NCBI GenBank assembly: GCA_964019335.1
Contig: OZ025692.1
Coordinates: forward strand, 372,001 to 436,000
Origin: Diplonema japonicum
Taxonomy: Eukaryota > Protista > Euglenozoa: Diplonemea
Direction of reading: 5' to 3'
Length of the DNA: 64,000 nucleotides
Shown: in pieces, positions 32,892 to 45,566 of the stretch
Layout: the number at the start of each line of letters is the position of its first letter
Position numbering within the stretch: the stretch's first letter is position 1
Translations under genes and position numbers: made by a program
The notes under the pieces: generated by a model
The model's database searches: none
Seen by the model: the letters and a program-made list of their open reading frames with translations, nothing else
Told to the model about the DNA's origin: nothing

Positions 32892-33738
32892 TTTTTTTTT
32901 TTTTTTTTTTTTTTTCCCCCGTGTGGCCTGTGTTGTTTAACTTGATATCGCAGAATAGGAGGGGAAAAAAAAAACTTTTCTTTTTGTATATAATCTCGCC
33001 TAAGGGAATGAATGACGAAGAGTATGGCAAAATGTTCAAAAAAAAAAAAAAAAAAAGAGACATTTAAGTAAAGAAGAAAGAAAGAAAGAAAGAAAGCCAC
33101 GATACAATATATATTTTTTTTTCTTTCTTTTTTTTTCCTTTCTTTTTTTTTATTTATTTCAGTTTTTAGGGGGGGGGGGGGAAAGAGAAAAGGTGATACT
33201 ATGCCAATCAAGGACGGACGGAAGTCTCTCTTTCTTTTTTTTTTTTTTTTTGTGTTTCCAGCGAAATACAGTCAGACTGGACTCTCAGTTTTTAAGAGAT
33301 TTCACTTTTTTTTTTTTCTTTCCTTCCTCTACCACGTTTATCGGGTTTAGCCGACTTACGCCGACACCGTCCTCTCTAGCCTTAAAACGGTAAAAAGGTA
33401 CGGCACCAAAAAAAAAAATAATAATAATAATAATAATATTCTTTTTGAATAACGGCGCCAAAATAAAATCTTCGCTTTTTTTTAGTACACACGGATTTTT
33501 TTTTTTTTTTTACTTAAAAAACTGAAATAAAAAAAAAAAAAAAACAGAACACAAATCAAATGGGAAAAAAAGAAAATAAAAAAAAGAGGGGCGGGCGGGG
33601 GGAGGTGCTTTCTTCTTTTTTTTTTTACCGCAGCCACCGGCATACGTCATTTTGTTTCTTTTTTCTTATTTATTATTTTTTTTTTATTTCACCCTTCGTC
33701 ATTTTTCTTCACTCACCGGGGGGGGGGGGGGGGGGGGC

Positions 33739-34066
33739 TCATAATTTAACGCGAAACCCCCATAATTTAACTAGTTAAATTATGGGTTTCAGAGTGAAAA
33801 AATGGGTCTTGTCGTAGAAAAAAGTACCTAACCCCTTGAAAATCTTTTTTGGGGATGGGGTATTTTGACTTATTTGGCCATCTGAGGCCTTAAAAGTGGG
33901 AATATGCAGTGAAGCGTGAGTGACTCAAATGACGAAGAGTGAAATAAAACGATTTACTTGCCGCCAAATGAACCATTATTTAACACTCGTTACCTGCAGG
34001 CCCTCGTGCAAAAAAAGTTCGGGAACTCGAGTTAAATAATGATACCATTATTTGTTGGCAATAAAC
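33739..34066. repeat. Cluster of CAT(A/T)ATTTAAC direct/inverted repeats including a perfect 28-bp palindrome
   Basis: Copies at 33740(+), 33761(+), 33774(-), 33974(+) and 34031(-). Palindrome cccataatttaactagttaaattatggg at 33759-33786. Confidence 0.8.
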
Positions 34067-34431
34067 ATTTAGATAGCAAAAAGGGTTTTAGATAGGATTC
34101 CAAAGTTTATGTCTCCTTGGAAAACGCTTTGTTTCTTCTTCTTTTTTTTTCTCTTTTTTTTTTTCTTTTTAGCACTCATCTTTCTTTCTGGAGGACAGGA
34201 CAATGGAAGAATCGAAAAAAAAAAGAAAGATGGGACTCTTTATGGAAAGGACTACATCTGCACTACTGCGCCATGAGGGAGGCATCCTTCAGTTTTTGTG
34301 TTGCATAGCAAATAGACTGATCAGGGGGGCAGGAAACATTACTTCAAGGAAAGAAAAGAAACTAACTGGTAAAGTGCCGACAAAGGGAAGGAAGTAGGAA
34401 ACAAAGAAAAGACAGAACGGACAAGAGAATA

Positions 34432-34465
<34 letters not shown>

Positions 34466-34736
34466 AAATCTGTATGGCGTAAAAAAAAAAAAAGAGAAAA
34501 AAAAAAGAACCTTCGGAAGACAAAAAGGTTCAAAAAAAAAAAGAAAAGGCGCACTGCCCCCCCTTAAAAAAAAAGAGGGGGGAAACATATTTATGAAGCC
34601 CATTCTTTTACCTTCCCCCCGCCTTTTTTTTGCCACTCTCTAGTGATTTCTTTTTTGATTCTACCCCATCTCCCCCCCCCCCCCCCCCCTCTTGCTTTAT
34701 CCCTGCATCAAAAAGCCATAAACCTTGTTGTGCGGC

Positions 34737-34769
<33 letters not shown>

Positions 34770-35922
34770 TGGGTGAGAAAAAAAAAAAGAAAAAAAAAAA
34801 GACAATGAATTTTTAAATCCGTTGCGTCCCCTTCTTTAACGACAGTTTGGATACCGCGCCTGGAGGGGGGTGGAGGTGAGGGGATTTCCCCCCCCTTTTT
34901 TTTTCCCCCTTTTTTTGCACATTTTTAATTCCTCCCTTTCTTTTTTGTAAATATCTCCTTCTTCTTTTTTTGATTTCCCCTTTTATTTCATTGTTTTTCT
35001 TCACACACCCTCCTCCTGGGGGCACAAGGCAGAAGAGGAGAAGTTGGAGGAATACGAAATATTGCCCCCCCCCCATGTATATTCATTAACCAGTCGGGTT
35101 TTAAAGGGAACCGAAATCGTGGCGGGGAGACAAAGAAAAAGACAGGGGGGGAAAGAACACAGCTAATGCCACACAAAGAATGAGCATGGGTAAAAAAAAA
35201 AAAAAAAAAGCGGGGTTTAGCTTTGAATTAATGGATAAACGAAAAAGAAGAAAAAAAACTCAAAGTACAGGACAAGCCCCCCGCTAGAGGGCCGCCCTAT
35301 GGGTGGGGGGGGTCTATCTGTTAATACTCCCCTTCTGGAGCATTGCTTTCATCCCGATTGTGGCTGTGAGCGTCTTGCGGAGTCGTGTGATGCGATCCCG
35401 CTTGTAGGCGGCCTTCAAATCCATCAGCTTGTCGTGCGTGGACTGGGTAGCAAAAATGGGCCTCCTGGAGAAGCCTATAGCTGCCTTTCCTCCTATGGCG
35501 ATGAGGGATTTCACCCTTTTCTGCTCATCCGCTGGGAAGGGGCGTCGCTTCTTCCGTGCCCTGCACGCTGCGTTTATCTTAGGGCCTTGATTCTGCGTGC
35601 CCTATCTTCCAGCAGGCCTCCTAATGATTTACCGGTCGTCCATTCGAAGTCAATGGCTAGCTCCACCGCCGACACCTCCGAGGTGCTTCTCCACCCAGCG
35701 CAGCTGTGACAACCATTGTAGCAGCGGGTTCAGGTACTGGGACAGGACCCCACCCACTCCCTCGAGCTCGCCTGCTATCGGAACGGGGCATCTCTTTCCT
35801 ACTACATTTCGTTCCCACGGTAGCGGCTGTGTGTGAAAAAAGAAAGAGAAAAAAAAAAAAAAGATGAGGGGGGGAGAAATGAAAGACAGAGCTCCTCCCC
35901 CTCCCACCTTTCCCCCCTCCCC

Positions 35923-35953
<31 letters not shown>

Positions 35954-35963
35954 CTTTTTTCCC

Positions 35964-38900
35964 CTATTCGGGCAAAGCAGAAGGACTTACAACTGACATC
36001 TGTATTTGTATGTTCTCGCCCTCCCCTATCTTCAGGTGCATACCTCTACAGAAATACCAGGATCGACATTACCCCCTTTTGGAAAGGTAGTCCGTGTATC
36101 GTTGAGCAAAATACTGTGGGTATGGCCCCTGCTGGACATGGTTGCGTGGGGGGTGGCCTCATCAAAAGTGGCAGCCGGAGGTGCGGTGACCTTTTTTTTT
36201 TTTTTCCCCCCCCAAAAAAAAAAAACCTGACTCGTCTGACTCCTTCCAAATACAGAATCAATTGGGTTTTCACCTGCGGGAAGCCCTGCGCTAGACCTCC
36301 CTAGCATCTCATACATAGTTTCGTTGCAGTTGTTGTTGTTGTTGTTGCTGTCAAACGCAGAAAGGGGTACGATTTCAGGCGGTGTGACCTGCCCGGCCAA
36401 GAGCTTCGCGAAGTTGATCTTTCTGAAGAACGGATGCTGCTTGATCTTGTTCGGGGAAACAAGCCTGTCCCCGGGCTTCTTCCGCAACAGCTTCGCGACG
36501 AGATTCTTCGCCGACGGGCAGAACCCGCTCGGGTACGTCGGCGCCTTCATCTCAATCATCTGAAACGTCACATGTTGCTCCTCGGCAGCAAATGGTGTCT
36601 GGCCCACCAACAACTCATATATGACAATCCCTAACGCCCACCAGTCAACTGCTTGCCCGTAAGCATGATATTGTATCACTTCAGGTGCTAAGTAATAAGG
36701 TGTTCCGCAAAATGTAGAGGACACCGATCCAACGGTGGCGATCCCCAGATCTGTTAAAACTGCGTTGCCGTGAGTTGCATCATCCAACACAATGTTTGCT
36801 GGTTTTAAATCGCGGTATAGGATGCTGTTTGCGTGGAGGTGCTCCAGGCCGAGCAAGATCTGCGCGGAGTAGAACCGTGTCTGTTCTAGTGAAAGGTTGC
36901 CCTTTTCCTTTAGATGCATTCCAAGATCACCGCCTTTCAACAGTCTCAGAACCAAATATATAAACGGTCCTTCTGCGATGGCTTCAACCAGACCGCAAAT
37001 GAAAGGATGTTGCAAAAGCTGCATGATAGCGATCTCGTTGTAAATCCTCGGAGAGTCCTGCATATCCGCTGGGAGATGCAGTTTTTTCATGGCATAATAC
37101 ATCCCTGTTTCACGGTCGACAACTCTACTGACTTCCCCGAACGCTCCTGACCCTAAATGGTTGAGCTCGCAGTATGTAGTGACAGCTTTGTGTGAGAATA
37201 CAGGGCCTTCCGCGTAGGAGTTCATTGCGTGCGAGGAGACTTGGGAAAGAGCCTTCAACCATGACAGAGCTTCATGTTCGTTTTCGTTGGATCGGAGGAA
37301 AGTGCTTCCTTCTGGTGGGAGTCCTGTGTCTTCCACCATGACCTTTTTCTTTTTCGGGTCGTACTCCACCCTACATTTTGAGACGTCAGTGCCACCCTCT
37401 GGTACATCGACCTGAGCTGATTCGTAACGAAGTAAGAAGACCCCTCGGAGCTCGCACCACATCATTCTCCATCCTTGACTGTTTGTTTTAACACTGACCA
37501 AACCGACATGCGATGCTTGGGTGTCGGTTAGCTTTTTAACCTCTTCGATGGTTTTCTCCCCTGTCATGAAATGCGACATTTCTCTGAGATTCTGGGTTCT
37601 TCCAGTGGTGTACTTAACTTTGTAAACGGTCTTGCCGAGGACAAACACCAACATGGACCACAGGGCCGAGAGGATCAGGAGACATGTATTGAGAAGAAGC
37701 AGTTTATCAGCCGATGATCCACCCCCTGCATAAATGTCGGAAATAATTGAGGCGAGGCACGCTGCGTTGCACCATGCAATCATCGAGTGGAGCATGTTGG
37801 AACCTCTTGCGGAGTACGGCTGTTGGTAGGTGATCACGATCGCGAAGACGGTCAGGAAGACGAGGAGGAACCAAAGCTTCAATTTACACGCGCTTGTGGT
37901 GTCCTTGCTGCTCTCCTTTAAACCCAACGTGAAGGCGCAGCACACGAATTTTACGATCTGCAATATCATGAAGTTGAATCTCTTATCGCGAAATTCATCG
38001 AAAAGCACCCCGCACCTCCCGCAGAAACCTCTGTCCGGCAAGTGATGAGACGTCCAAAATCCCATCGGAAGGAAATATCTCAGAGCACCGGGCATGAGAC
38101 CCGCGCGTCTTCTTGTATACACGACACGGCTAGCATTCTTCCGCGTGTTGGCAACATTACGTGACAGGTACTGCGCCCGCCGCTTGACTGGATTGTTCGG
38201 AGCAACTTGCTTCACGAGAAACCAGTACATGCCGGCAGGCAGCCCGACAACATAAAATGCCAGCATCACAATCGCTCCAATAATTGCGGCTGCGTGGTTG
38301 GGCGCACCCTGTGTGACGATAGCCGCTGCGGAGAAAACCGAGTTGTAGAGGAGGAGAACAGTAATGAGAAGCTGGAGGTTCGGAAACCAAACAGCCTCCA
38401 TGGCGTCGGTGAGGGTCCACCCAGATCGATGCTTCACAGCGTAGACAATGAGAATGACGAGCAGATGGGCTGTCATCGATGCAATGAGCAGGAGGTAGCT
38501 GTGAAACAAGTGTTTTGCATCATCGGTAGGGTCGTGTTCAGCACGGATGGCCCCGTACCATGGGTTCACAATCCACGTGATCGAAGAGGCCAAGGATCGG
38601 ATATTTGTGGGCACGCATGGTTGCACACCCAAAAGCACGATGAGTTGCAGTTGTGTCATCGATGTGATGGGAGCAGCGGGCGAACCCCCTGCTGCAATCT
38701 CCAGCAGCAGCGAACCTGCTGCCACAGCAGCCGTCGACGTCCCTGCTATGGCAACCGCTGACATACCAGCGCACTCACTGCCTTCCCACCCGACTAGACA
38801 GTCGCATGACCCTGTCCCCATGATCCCGTCGGAGCAGCCACCGTGGCATCTGCCGCTAGCCGTTGCTAAACATTCTCCGTTCCCGCTGCATATGGTACCT

Positions 38901-39931
38901 CCGCCAGGGCATTGGCTTTTACAGTCTGCGCCATACCACCCCTCCACGCACTCCGTGCAGTCAGCCTTCACAGGGAACGTGCACTCCGTCGACGCAAAGG
39001 GTGCCACCACAGTGATCTCGACGCCGCTTGCGATCCCCAGACCCGATCGCACGAACTTCGTTGTCATGGCTTGGTCCCCGCATATGGTGATAACCTCCTG
39101 CTCACCAGGAGGTATGTTATAGGCAGTGTCCTTCCCGAACGTGAATTGCAAGATGTTCGGCGTGGGGCCCCAGAGCATATCGTCGGGGAGAAGCTGTTTT
39201 TTTCGGGCCTCGAAGCCGACCGGGTATTTCGAGGCAGGCTTGTCTGATATAAAAGCACTCGCGGTGAAGTTTATCGGTGACCACACTTCGCCTGTGAGGG
39301 TTAGGGTGGCGAGGATGGTTCCGCTGGCAAGGTCTGCACCGGTAACTTGATGTGAAATAGGACTTCCGTTTTTGGTAAGAACAACAGAGAGCAGCCCTGC
39401 TGTGGGTGTTATGGTGATGGGGGCCAGATGTTGGTCGCCACCCCACGGAGGGGTTGTGAAGATCTGCGGTTTTAATGTGATGTATATTTTCTCTTTTATA
39501 GAAATCTCGTACTCTGGATCGGGGAGGAACTGCACTCGGATTTTTTGACACTCAACACCTTGGCTGCCGCAGTAGCACGAAGTTCCAGGAAATGAGTTCC
39601 CGCACGATTCATCGCACACACAATTTACATTTCCGCCCGTTGTGTCTTCTAAGACGGCTTGCAGCCGGTTTGCAATGCCTTGGTCGCAGCCCTCGTTTTG
39701 ACACCCTTCTTTACCACTAAAAAGAACTGGTAGGTATCTCCTAACGGCTTCTAATCGAAAATGAGTCGTTGGGCTATCTATCGTCACGCTGACCCTCCCA
39801 CCTTGATACCCTTCTCTTATGTAATCTTCCGAAATAGCTTTCGGTACTGTATCTACTACTATTGCATCCTGCGCCACCACACACAAGGCCCCGTAGCTGA
39901 TTACTAGGCCTGCATAGCTCCCCCATTTCAT
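35964..39931 (-). CDS. Multipass receptor-like kinase: signal peptide, Cys-rich/EGF-like ectodomain, ~8-9 TM module, PH domain, AGC-family Ser/Thr kinase
   Basis: EGF-like CVEGWYGADC..CSGNGEC..CDCLVGWEGSEC. PH GWRMMWCEL..LSWLKAL. Kinase GSGAFGEV, AMKKL, YRDLKPAN, DLG, TFCGTPYYLAPE, DWWALG. Inferred 3' introns 36191-36226 and 36000-36043; stop TAG at 35964. Confidence 0.9.
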
Positions 39932-40132
39932 TGTATCAGAAAAGAAATTGGGAGGGAGGGAAGAAAAAAAAAGAAACGGGTGGGAAGAGTGTGTGGGTGT
40001 TGGTAGGGGGGGGGGTTTTTTTCTTTAAATTAGTAGTTGACAGGCTTGGGTAGCTAGAACATGTTCTTTGTGGGGGTTGTATGGTTTTTCTCTTCCTTTT
40101 TTTTTTTTCCCTTCTTTTTTTTTTATATATAA

Positions 40133-40166
<34 letters not shown>

Positions 40167-41457
40167 CGTGTTGCCTGTGATAAGGGGTGTTTTCTTTTTT
40201 TTTTTTTTTTTTTTTTTTTTGTATTGTTGAAATAAAAAAAATCTTTTTTGAAAAAAAAAAAAAATCAAAATTTTGGGTAAGGAAACAAAAAGGCCATTGA
40301 ACGCGCACAATAAGCAGCAAACACAAAAAAAAAAAAAAAAAGGAAACATCCACTTTGATAGAGAAGTGCTAGCAACGACTCATAAAGCAGGGGTGGGGTA
40401 ACCGCGTATAAAACGGGGGGAATAATAAAAATAATTGTGAGTTCACGTTTTTTTTTTTTCTTTTTTTTTTTTTCCTTCTTGGGAATTTTTTTTTTCACTC
40501 GCTTCTTTCTTCCGTAAACCAGAATATGTAAGTAATCCATATATTTTTTTGGGAGGGGTGTCGCGTTTTCAAAGGAAAAATAATAAGAAAACTGAGGGTA
40601 AGTGAAAAACAAAAAATAAAACACCAGTTTTTAGCCCCCCTCGCTTTTTTTTTTTTTTTTTTTAAATCCCCAACGACGGGGCATTTTGTAGTGAATAAAC
40701 ACAATGGAGGCACTGGAAACAGGATTTACAGTTTCTATTTTCTCTTATTTTTCTTCTTTTTATTTCTTTTGCCTTGTTGTCTACGTTTTCTTTTAAAAAG
40801 GGGGCAAAACGGAGGAGGGGTAACTGAACTCAACTAGTCAGAAAGTGATAAACTGGCAAACAAAGATCAAGGTTGCTTGCATTTCGTGGCAGACCGCCTG
40901 GGGGGATTTCTCATCTGTTTGTTTTACCCTCTTCTGTGTCCCGGAAAAGGGGGGGGAAAGGTAGAGGGAAAGGGCCTGTCATAATGTTTTTTTTCTTTTT
41001 TTTTTTTCCCTAGCCATTTCCCACACGTTTTTTTTTTTCTTCTTCTTCTTTTGCTCCGCCCTACGTTTTTCACAGCCCGCAGGTGCGCAGGCAATAAACT
41101 GCCTTTCCCCCCTTCCTAAAAAAAACCTTTGAGCCGAACCCCCCCCCCCCCCCCCCCCGCAAGTGTGCAGTGTATGAACCGTGATGTGGGATAGAGAGAA
41201 AGGGGGATTGGTCCCTTTTCTTTTTTTTTTTATTTGCGGAGGAACATGAAATAACTTAAGGGGGAAAAAAAACACACTCACAAAGCGGGGAGCGAGAGTC
41301 CCCCCCTCCAAAAGAAAAGGAAAACAAACTACGTTTCTGTATAAAAAGAAAAAGTAGAAGTGGGGAGAAGGGGAAGAAAGAAAAAAAAAAAAAAAGACAC
41401 CAACTTGTTTGCTCCCCCCCCCGCATCCAATTTATGGGAACACAAAAAAAACGAAAT

Positions 41458-43577
41458 CTAGCTTATGTGCTGCTGGCTGCTGTGAGTCTGCAGAGCATGT
41501 GGGTCATGCCCCGGTGGGGGGACAGAATACGGACTGTGCATACCGTACTGTTTTTTTTTTTTTTTTTTTTTTTTTTTGATTTGGGATATTTTCGTTCCTC
41601 CAAGCTAACATACCGGCATGGCTGAAGGTGAGTGCTGACGAATATCAGAAAACGAATCCAAAGGCCCGTGAAGCTCCGAGGGGTCTGGCAGCGTGCCGTT
41701 CGGGTTGTTAGGGTTGTTCCTGTTGGAGGGGTTGTTATTCTTCGCTGTGCATACCCTGACTGCATGAGCTCCGAGATGTGCTGCTGTGAGAAGTACTGGG
41801 GCGCATTGCCCATGGAGTTCCCGCCGTTTTTGGGCTCCATTTCTGACCACGTCTGAGGGAGGTACGTGGTCCCCAAAGGAGGGGGCACCCCAGCCGCCGC
41901 CATGGCAGGTGTCAGGCCATACCCTGCAGATGGCGGAAGCGGAGTGAGGGAAGAATGCGCATGCAGAGACGACGTGCTGGATGATGTCATATGCAGAGTG
42001 TGCGGGTCAATCTGCTGCGGCACTTGCTGCTGCTGCTTCCCCCCAGCCTCCGCGGGTGACAACGGTGGGGTGGCAGGTTCCGAGTCCACATCCGGCACCT
42101 CTTGCAGCGTCTCCGGGACTTTCTTCGCCTGCACCGGCACATGATGCTGGTGATGGTGCACCATTTGATGATGGTGGTGATGGTGATGATGCGGTACCTG
42201 ATGCATATGCTGGTGGTGGTGATGGTGGTGATGGTGATGGTGGTGTTGGTGGTGGTGGTGGTGGTGATGCACCTGATGATGCTGGTGGTGTTGCTGATGC
42301 TGGTGCTGGTGATGATGGTGATGATGATGCATCTGAGGCGGCGGGGAGCCAGCCTTGTTCTGCTCCATCGGCGTCCCAACAGCACCTGGACTTGGGTACC
42401 GCACCTGAGCCTGGACGGGGAGCAGTTTTCGTGGGACAGGGCCTTCTTCTGTGACAAGCGGGATACCGAATTTCTCACTCGCGTTGGTGGGTTGGAGGGG
42501 CTTGCCCACTGCTGGGGAGGAGGGTCCGGAATTAGAGTTGCTTTCAGCGGGCTGCGTTTTTGGAGAAGGTTTGTCTACAGGCTTGTACTTCCCATTAGGA
42601 AGGATCTGCAGGCCAGAGCGCGAGGGCAGCGACACCACGGCAGGGTTCACACAGCCTCCGTAGATGGCGTAGAACTCGCGACAGATGTGGAGGTTGGCAC
42701 ACTCCCTGCCCCATTGGCAACGCTTCTCTTGGTGCAACCGGCAGACTCGGTTGCAGGCGAAGGCGAGAGAAGCAGGCGACGCCATAAGTCCCTTAAGACC
42801 CCGCGTGGTCATGACCCTGTCGAGAGGAAGCGGACACCTTTGGTTCACCTTGTTGATCATGAAAATCTTCCCTTTGTAGTCCACCGTGTGGTCGGTGCCG
42901 TGGAATGGACAACAGGGCTTGTTGGGCTCCTGGATGTACTTCAGGAACGTGATGTCCGGGTGGATGTTGGTGCACGTTTCTGCGCTTGCGCATGGTGTGC
43001 CTTGCAAGTACGCAGGGCAAACATAGAAATCACCTGTTACCTGTCCATGTGCTTCTTGGGCTTCGAAAAATTTGCTACGCCCAACAGTTTCCTCTGATTT
43101 GAGCAGAGGAATGACAATTCGGGAGTTTGTCATCACGGGGTCCACGATCACCACCTCCACAGCTCTCTGATGCGACAAGGGTTCCTCAGCCTCACTAGCG
43201 CCATGGAAGTCGTAGAACTGTGCCCTGAGGTCTTGCACCAGTTGCTTGTCCGCATGGATCTGGTTGCATCTCCCGTGAGATTTGCACCTCCCCTTCTGGT
43301 ACAACATACACAAGTAACTATCCCTTTTCGTGCCAATATTATGTATGTAAGCGATCCTCCCGTTTGTTGGTTCCGTTTGATTGAACTTGATCCCCATTTT
43401 TTGCTTTGTTGCGGGATCCACGACCTGCATCACCGTCTCCGGGTCCAGCATCAACTGCTCTTGGTTCTGCTGCTGATGGTGGTGGTGGTGGTGGTGGTGA
43501 TGACTGTTGTAACCTCCATAGCTCCCCCGCCCGTTGGACATGTTCATGTCATAACTTCCTTTTCCCTTCTTTCCCAT
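41458..43577 (-). CDS. CCCH zinc-finger RNA-binding protein with poly-His/Gln tracts
   Basis: CMLYQKGRCKSHGRCNQIH, CPAYLQGTPCASAETCTNIH, CRLHQEKRCQWGRECANLH. Inferred introns 41720-41754 and 41548-41613 give the C-terminus ..SSQQHIS*. Confidence 0.82.
42142..42330 (-). repeat. CAC/CAT/CAG coding repeat (poly-His/Gln)
   Basis: Imperfect (tgg/tga/tgc)n on the plus strand encoding a ~60-aa His-rich tract. Confidence 0.9.
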
Positions 43578-43661
43578 ATTATATATATTATTTTGTGCTC
43601 ACCCAACCTTTAATTTATTGATAACAAAAGGTATCTGAGGTGGGGGGGGGAGAAAGTGAAA

Positions 43662-45566
43662 TCACCGATCACGGCGCTCTTGTCGAGTGACTGCTGTGCT
43701 GGGTATTGTGTACCTCCTGTAGGCAGACAACGCACGTGTCTCTACCTTGTACTCGGATATGATATCGTCGGCTTCGTCTTCATAAAATCGAAGAGCCCTC
43801 CATGTCCACTTGCCTGACAGGCCATGGGCACCTGCTTCCTTGAAGAGGGCTTGAGTCTGGGACACTTCCTGCAGCAACACGTCCTCGAACCCACCGAACA
43901 TAGTGATGGACATTGAGTACACCAACCTCACACGGGCTACTTGGATCAGTGTGGCAACACCTGCGTCACCAGCTGACTTCCAGATCTTAGCCTCTATGCT
44001 TGCTGTCCCTCCAAGGTGCTTTATATGGTCCTTCAGCTGTTCGAATGGGTGGTTCCCCACCACAGCCGTGCTGTAATCTTTGACAGCACCTCCGTAGGTG
44101 TAGGAAAAAATGACTGTTTTCTTCTCGAAGTTTGTGGCGACATCCTTCAAGGCGGCCACCCACGGTACGGTTTCCGTCCATTCGTCGTCGCCGATGGTGA
44201 CATGCTCCCCAGCAACATCGACCAGTTTGGCAAGCGTGCGTTGCTTCTCCCATTTTAGATCCGAATGCAGTTTGCTGGGTTCGGCGGCTTCCTCCCCGAG
44301 GTTCATTCCCGCAGACGAAGTGTTTCCGCGTATGGTGTCGATGTACCTTCGAAGGGAGGAGGACGATCGCACAATCGCTTCCCCGATGTAGCCTTCAAGC
44401 CACGCAGCCATCTCAGGGTGTTTCTGGCAAGTTCGTGAGATTGCATCCAGCAACCTTTCTGCGTCTAATCGAGTCAGCTTCGTGCGTTCCCCGCTGAGGC
44501 GTTTCAACACTGCACTGTAACGTTCTTCCGTACCCGCCCCGATAAGGTGGACGAGGTGCGCGTATGCCGCCCAGCACTGCGAGGTGTTCCCTAGCAGTGT
44601 GCTTGTCGAGCCCATGTAGGAGTTCGCCGTGTCCAAGTCGTTGTGGTAAATGCACTTCTCGATAAGCTCTTTAAGAAGCGCTGCATCAGCAATTTCCTGT
44701 GTTGCCGCTTCATTGTACACAGCAACGGCAGCAGGCATATCTTTACAGCTTTTGAGAAGCAGAGCAAACGGCAGCGAATCGATTTTTGGACGTGTCGGAC
44801 CGTATGCGTCTTTTCTCAAGAAACCCTTAACATCATGTTTTGGCTCCTCGTACTTGGGCAGTTCGAGCACTTCAAAAATAGTTTGTTGTGACGGTGGGTT
44901 GGACCCTAAAGCGGCTGCTTCAATCATCTTTGCCTTTCGGTAAGCTCGGAAGAACCCCAACGCTGCGTTCTCGTGCTGCTGGAGGGAGGCGTAGTACAGC
45001 ATGGCGTACGTTAGTTTGCTGGCATTGTTGGCCGGGTGGTGGGTAGCCTGTACTCTCTCCGTGTAGTAGAGATGACGGGTTTTCTCGTAGAAGCTCAGTA
45101 CATCGGGCGATCTTTCGGTGACTGCCGCGCAGACAAGCAGCGCGTAGCACCCGAGGTCCATTTCTAACTTAGATTCTTCCTTTAATTGTAAGGCGGAGGC
45201 GATAAGCCGCGCCTTGCAAAGGTACCTGAAGTAAGACTGCTTCGTGTGGTCCCCAGGCTCATCTTGCAGCACTTCTTCAAACAGCTTCCTCGTGGGAATC
45301 ACTTCGCCGGTCATGTCGTTGGCCGGCCTGCCTACCAAAGGCACGGAAAGCCTCCGATGGCAATGCCGCAGGAGCTTCCCCGTCACAAAGAACGGCACAG
45401 AACCTGAAACCGCCTTCATTTTCTGATACATCACATACGGGTGTGGCCCATCCTCGTACACCCTATGGATGCCCCCTTTCTCATCTTTCCACGACAGGTA
45501 CGGGGCTTTCTCTCTTGTCCATGTGCTGAGGGGGCGAGCTGCAGGTATCCAACAGCGGAGCAGCAT
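43662..45566 (-). CDS. Probable mitochondrial PPR-like helical-repeat protein
   Basis: Start MLLRCWIPAARPLST resembles a transit peptide. Degenerate PPR-like helices: CYALLVCAA.., YAMLYYAS..AALGFFRAY, FALLLKSCKD..AVAVYNEA, LKELIEKC..DLDTA. Confidence 0.65.
   Translation of the reverse strand: MLLRCWIPAARPLSTWTREKAPYLSWKDEKGGIHRVYEDGPHPYVMYQKMKAVSGSVPFFVTGKLLRHCHRRLSVPLVGRPANDMTGEVIPTRKLFEEVLQDEPGDHTKQSYFRYLCKARLIASALQLKEESKLEMDLGCYALLVCAAVTERSPDVLSFYEKTRHLYYTERVQATHHPANNASKLTYAMLYYASLQQHENAALGFFRAYRKAKMIEAAALGSNPPSQQTIFEVLELPKYEEPKHDVKGFLRKDAYGPTRPKIDSLPFALLLKSCKDMPAAVAVYNEAATQEIADAALLKELIEKCIYHNDLDTANSYMGSTSTLLGNTSQCWAAYAHLVHLIGAGTEERYSAVLKRLSGERTKLTRLDAERLLDAISRTCQKHPEMAAWLEGYIGEAIVRSSSSLRRYIDTIRGNTSSAGMNLGEEAAEPSKLHSDLKWEKQRTLAKLVDVAGEHVTIGDDEWTETVPWVAALKDVATNFEKKTVIFSYTYGGAVKDYSTAVVGNHPFEQLKDHIKHLGGTASIEAKIWKSAGDAGVATLIQVARVRLVYSMSITMFGGFEDVLLQEVSQTQALFKEAGAHGLSGKWTWRALRFYEDEADDIISEYKVETRALSAYRRYTIPSTAVTRQERRDR

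Noticed and set aside
35280-35830. Coding-like GC-rich fragment (RVKSLIAIGGKAA..) possibly from a decayed retroposon
   Set aside because: Interrupted by stops, with no RT or endonuclease motif; the identity cannot be supported without a database search.
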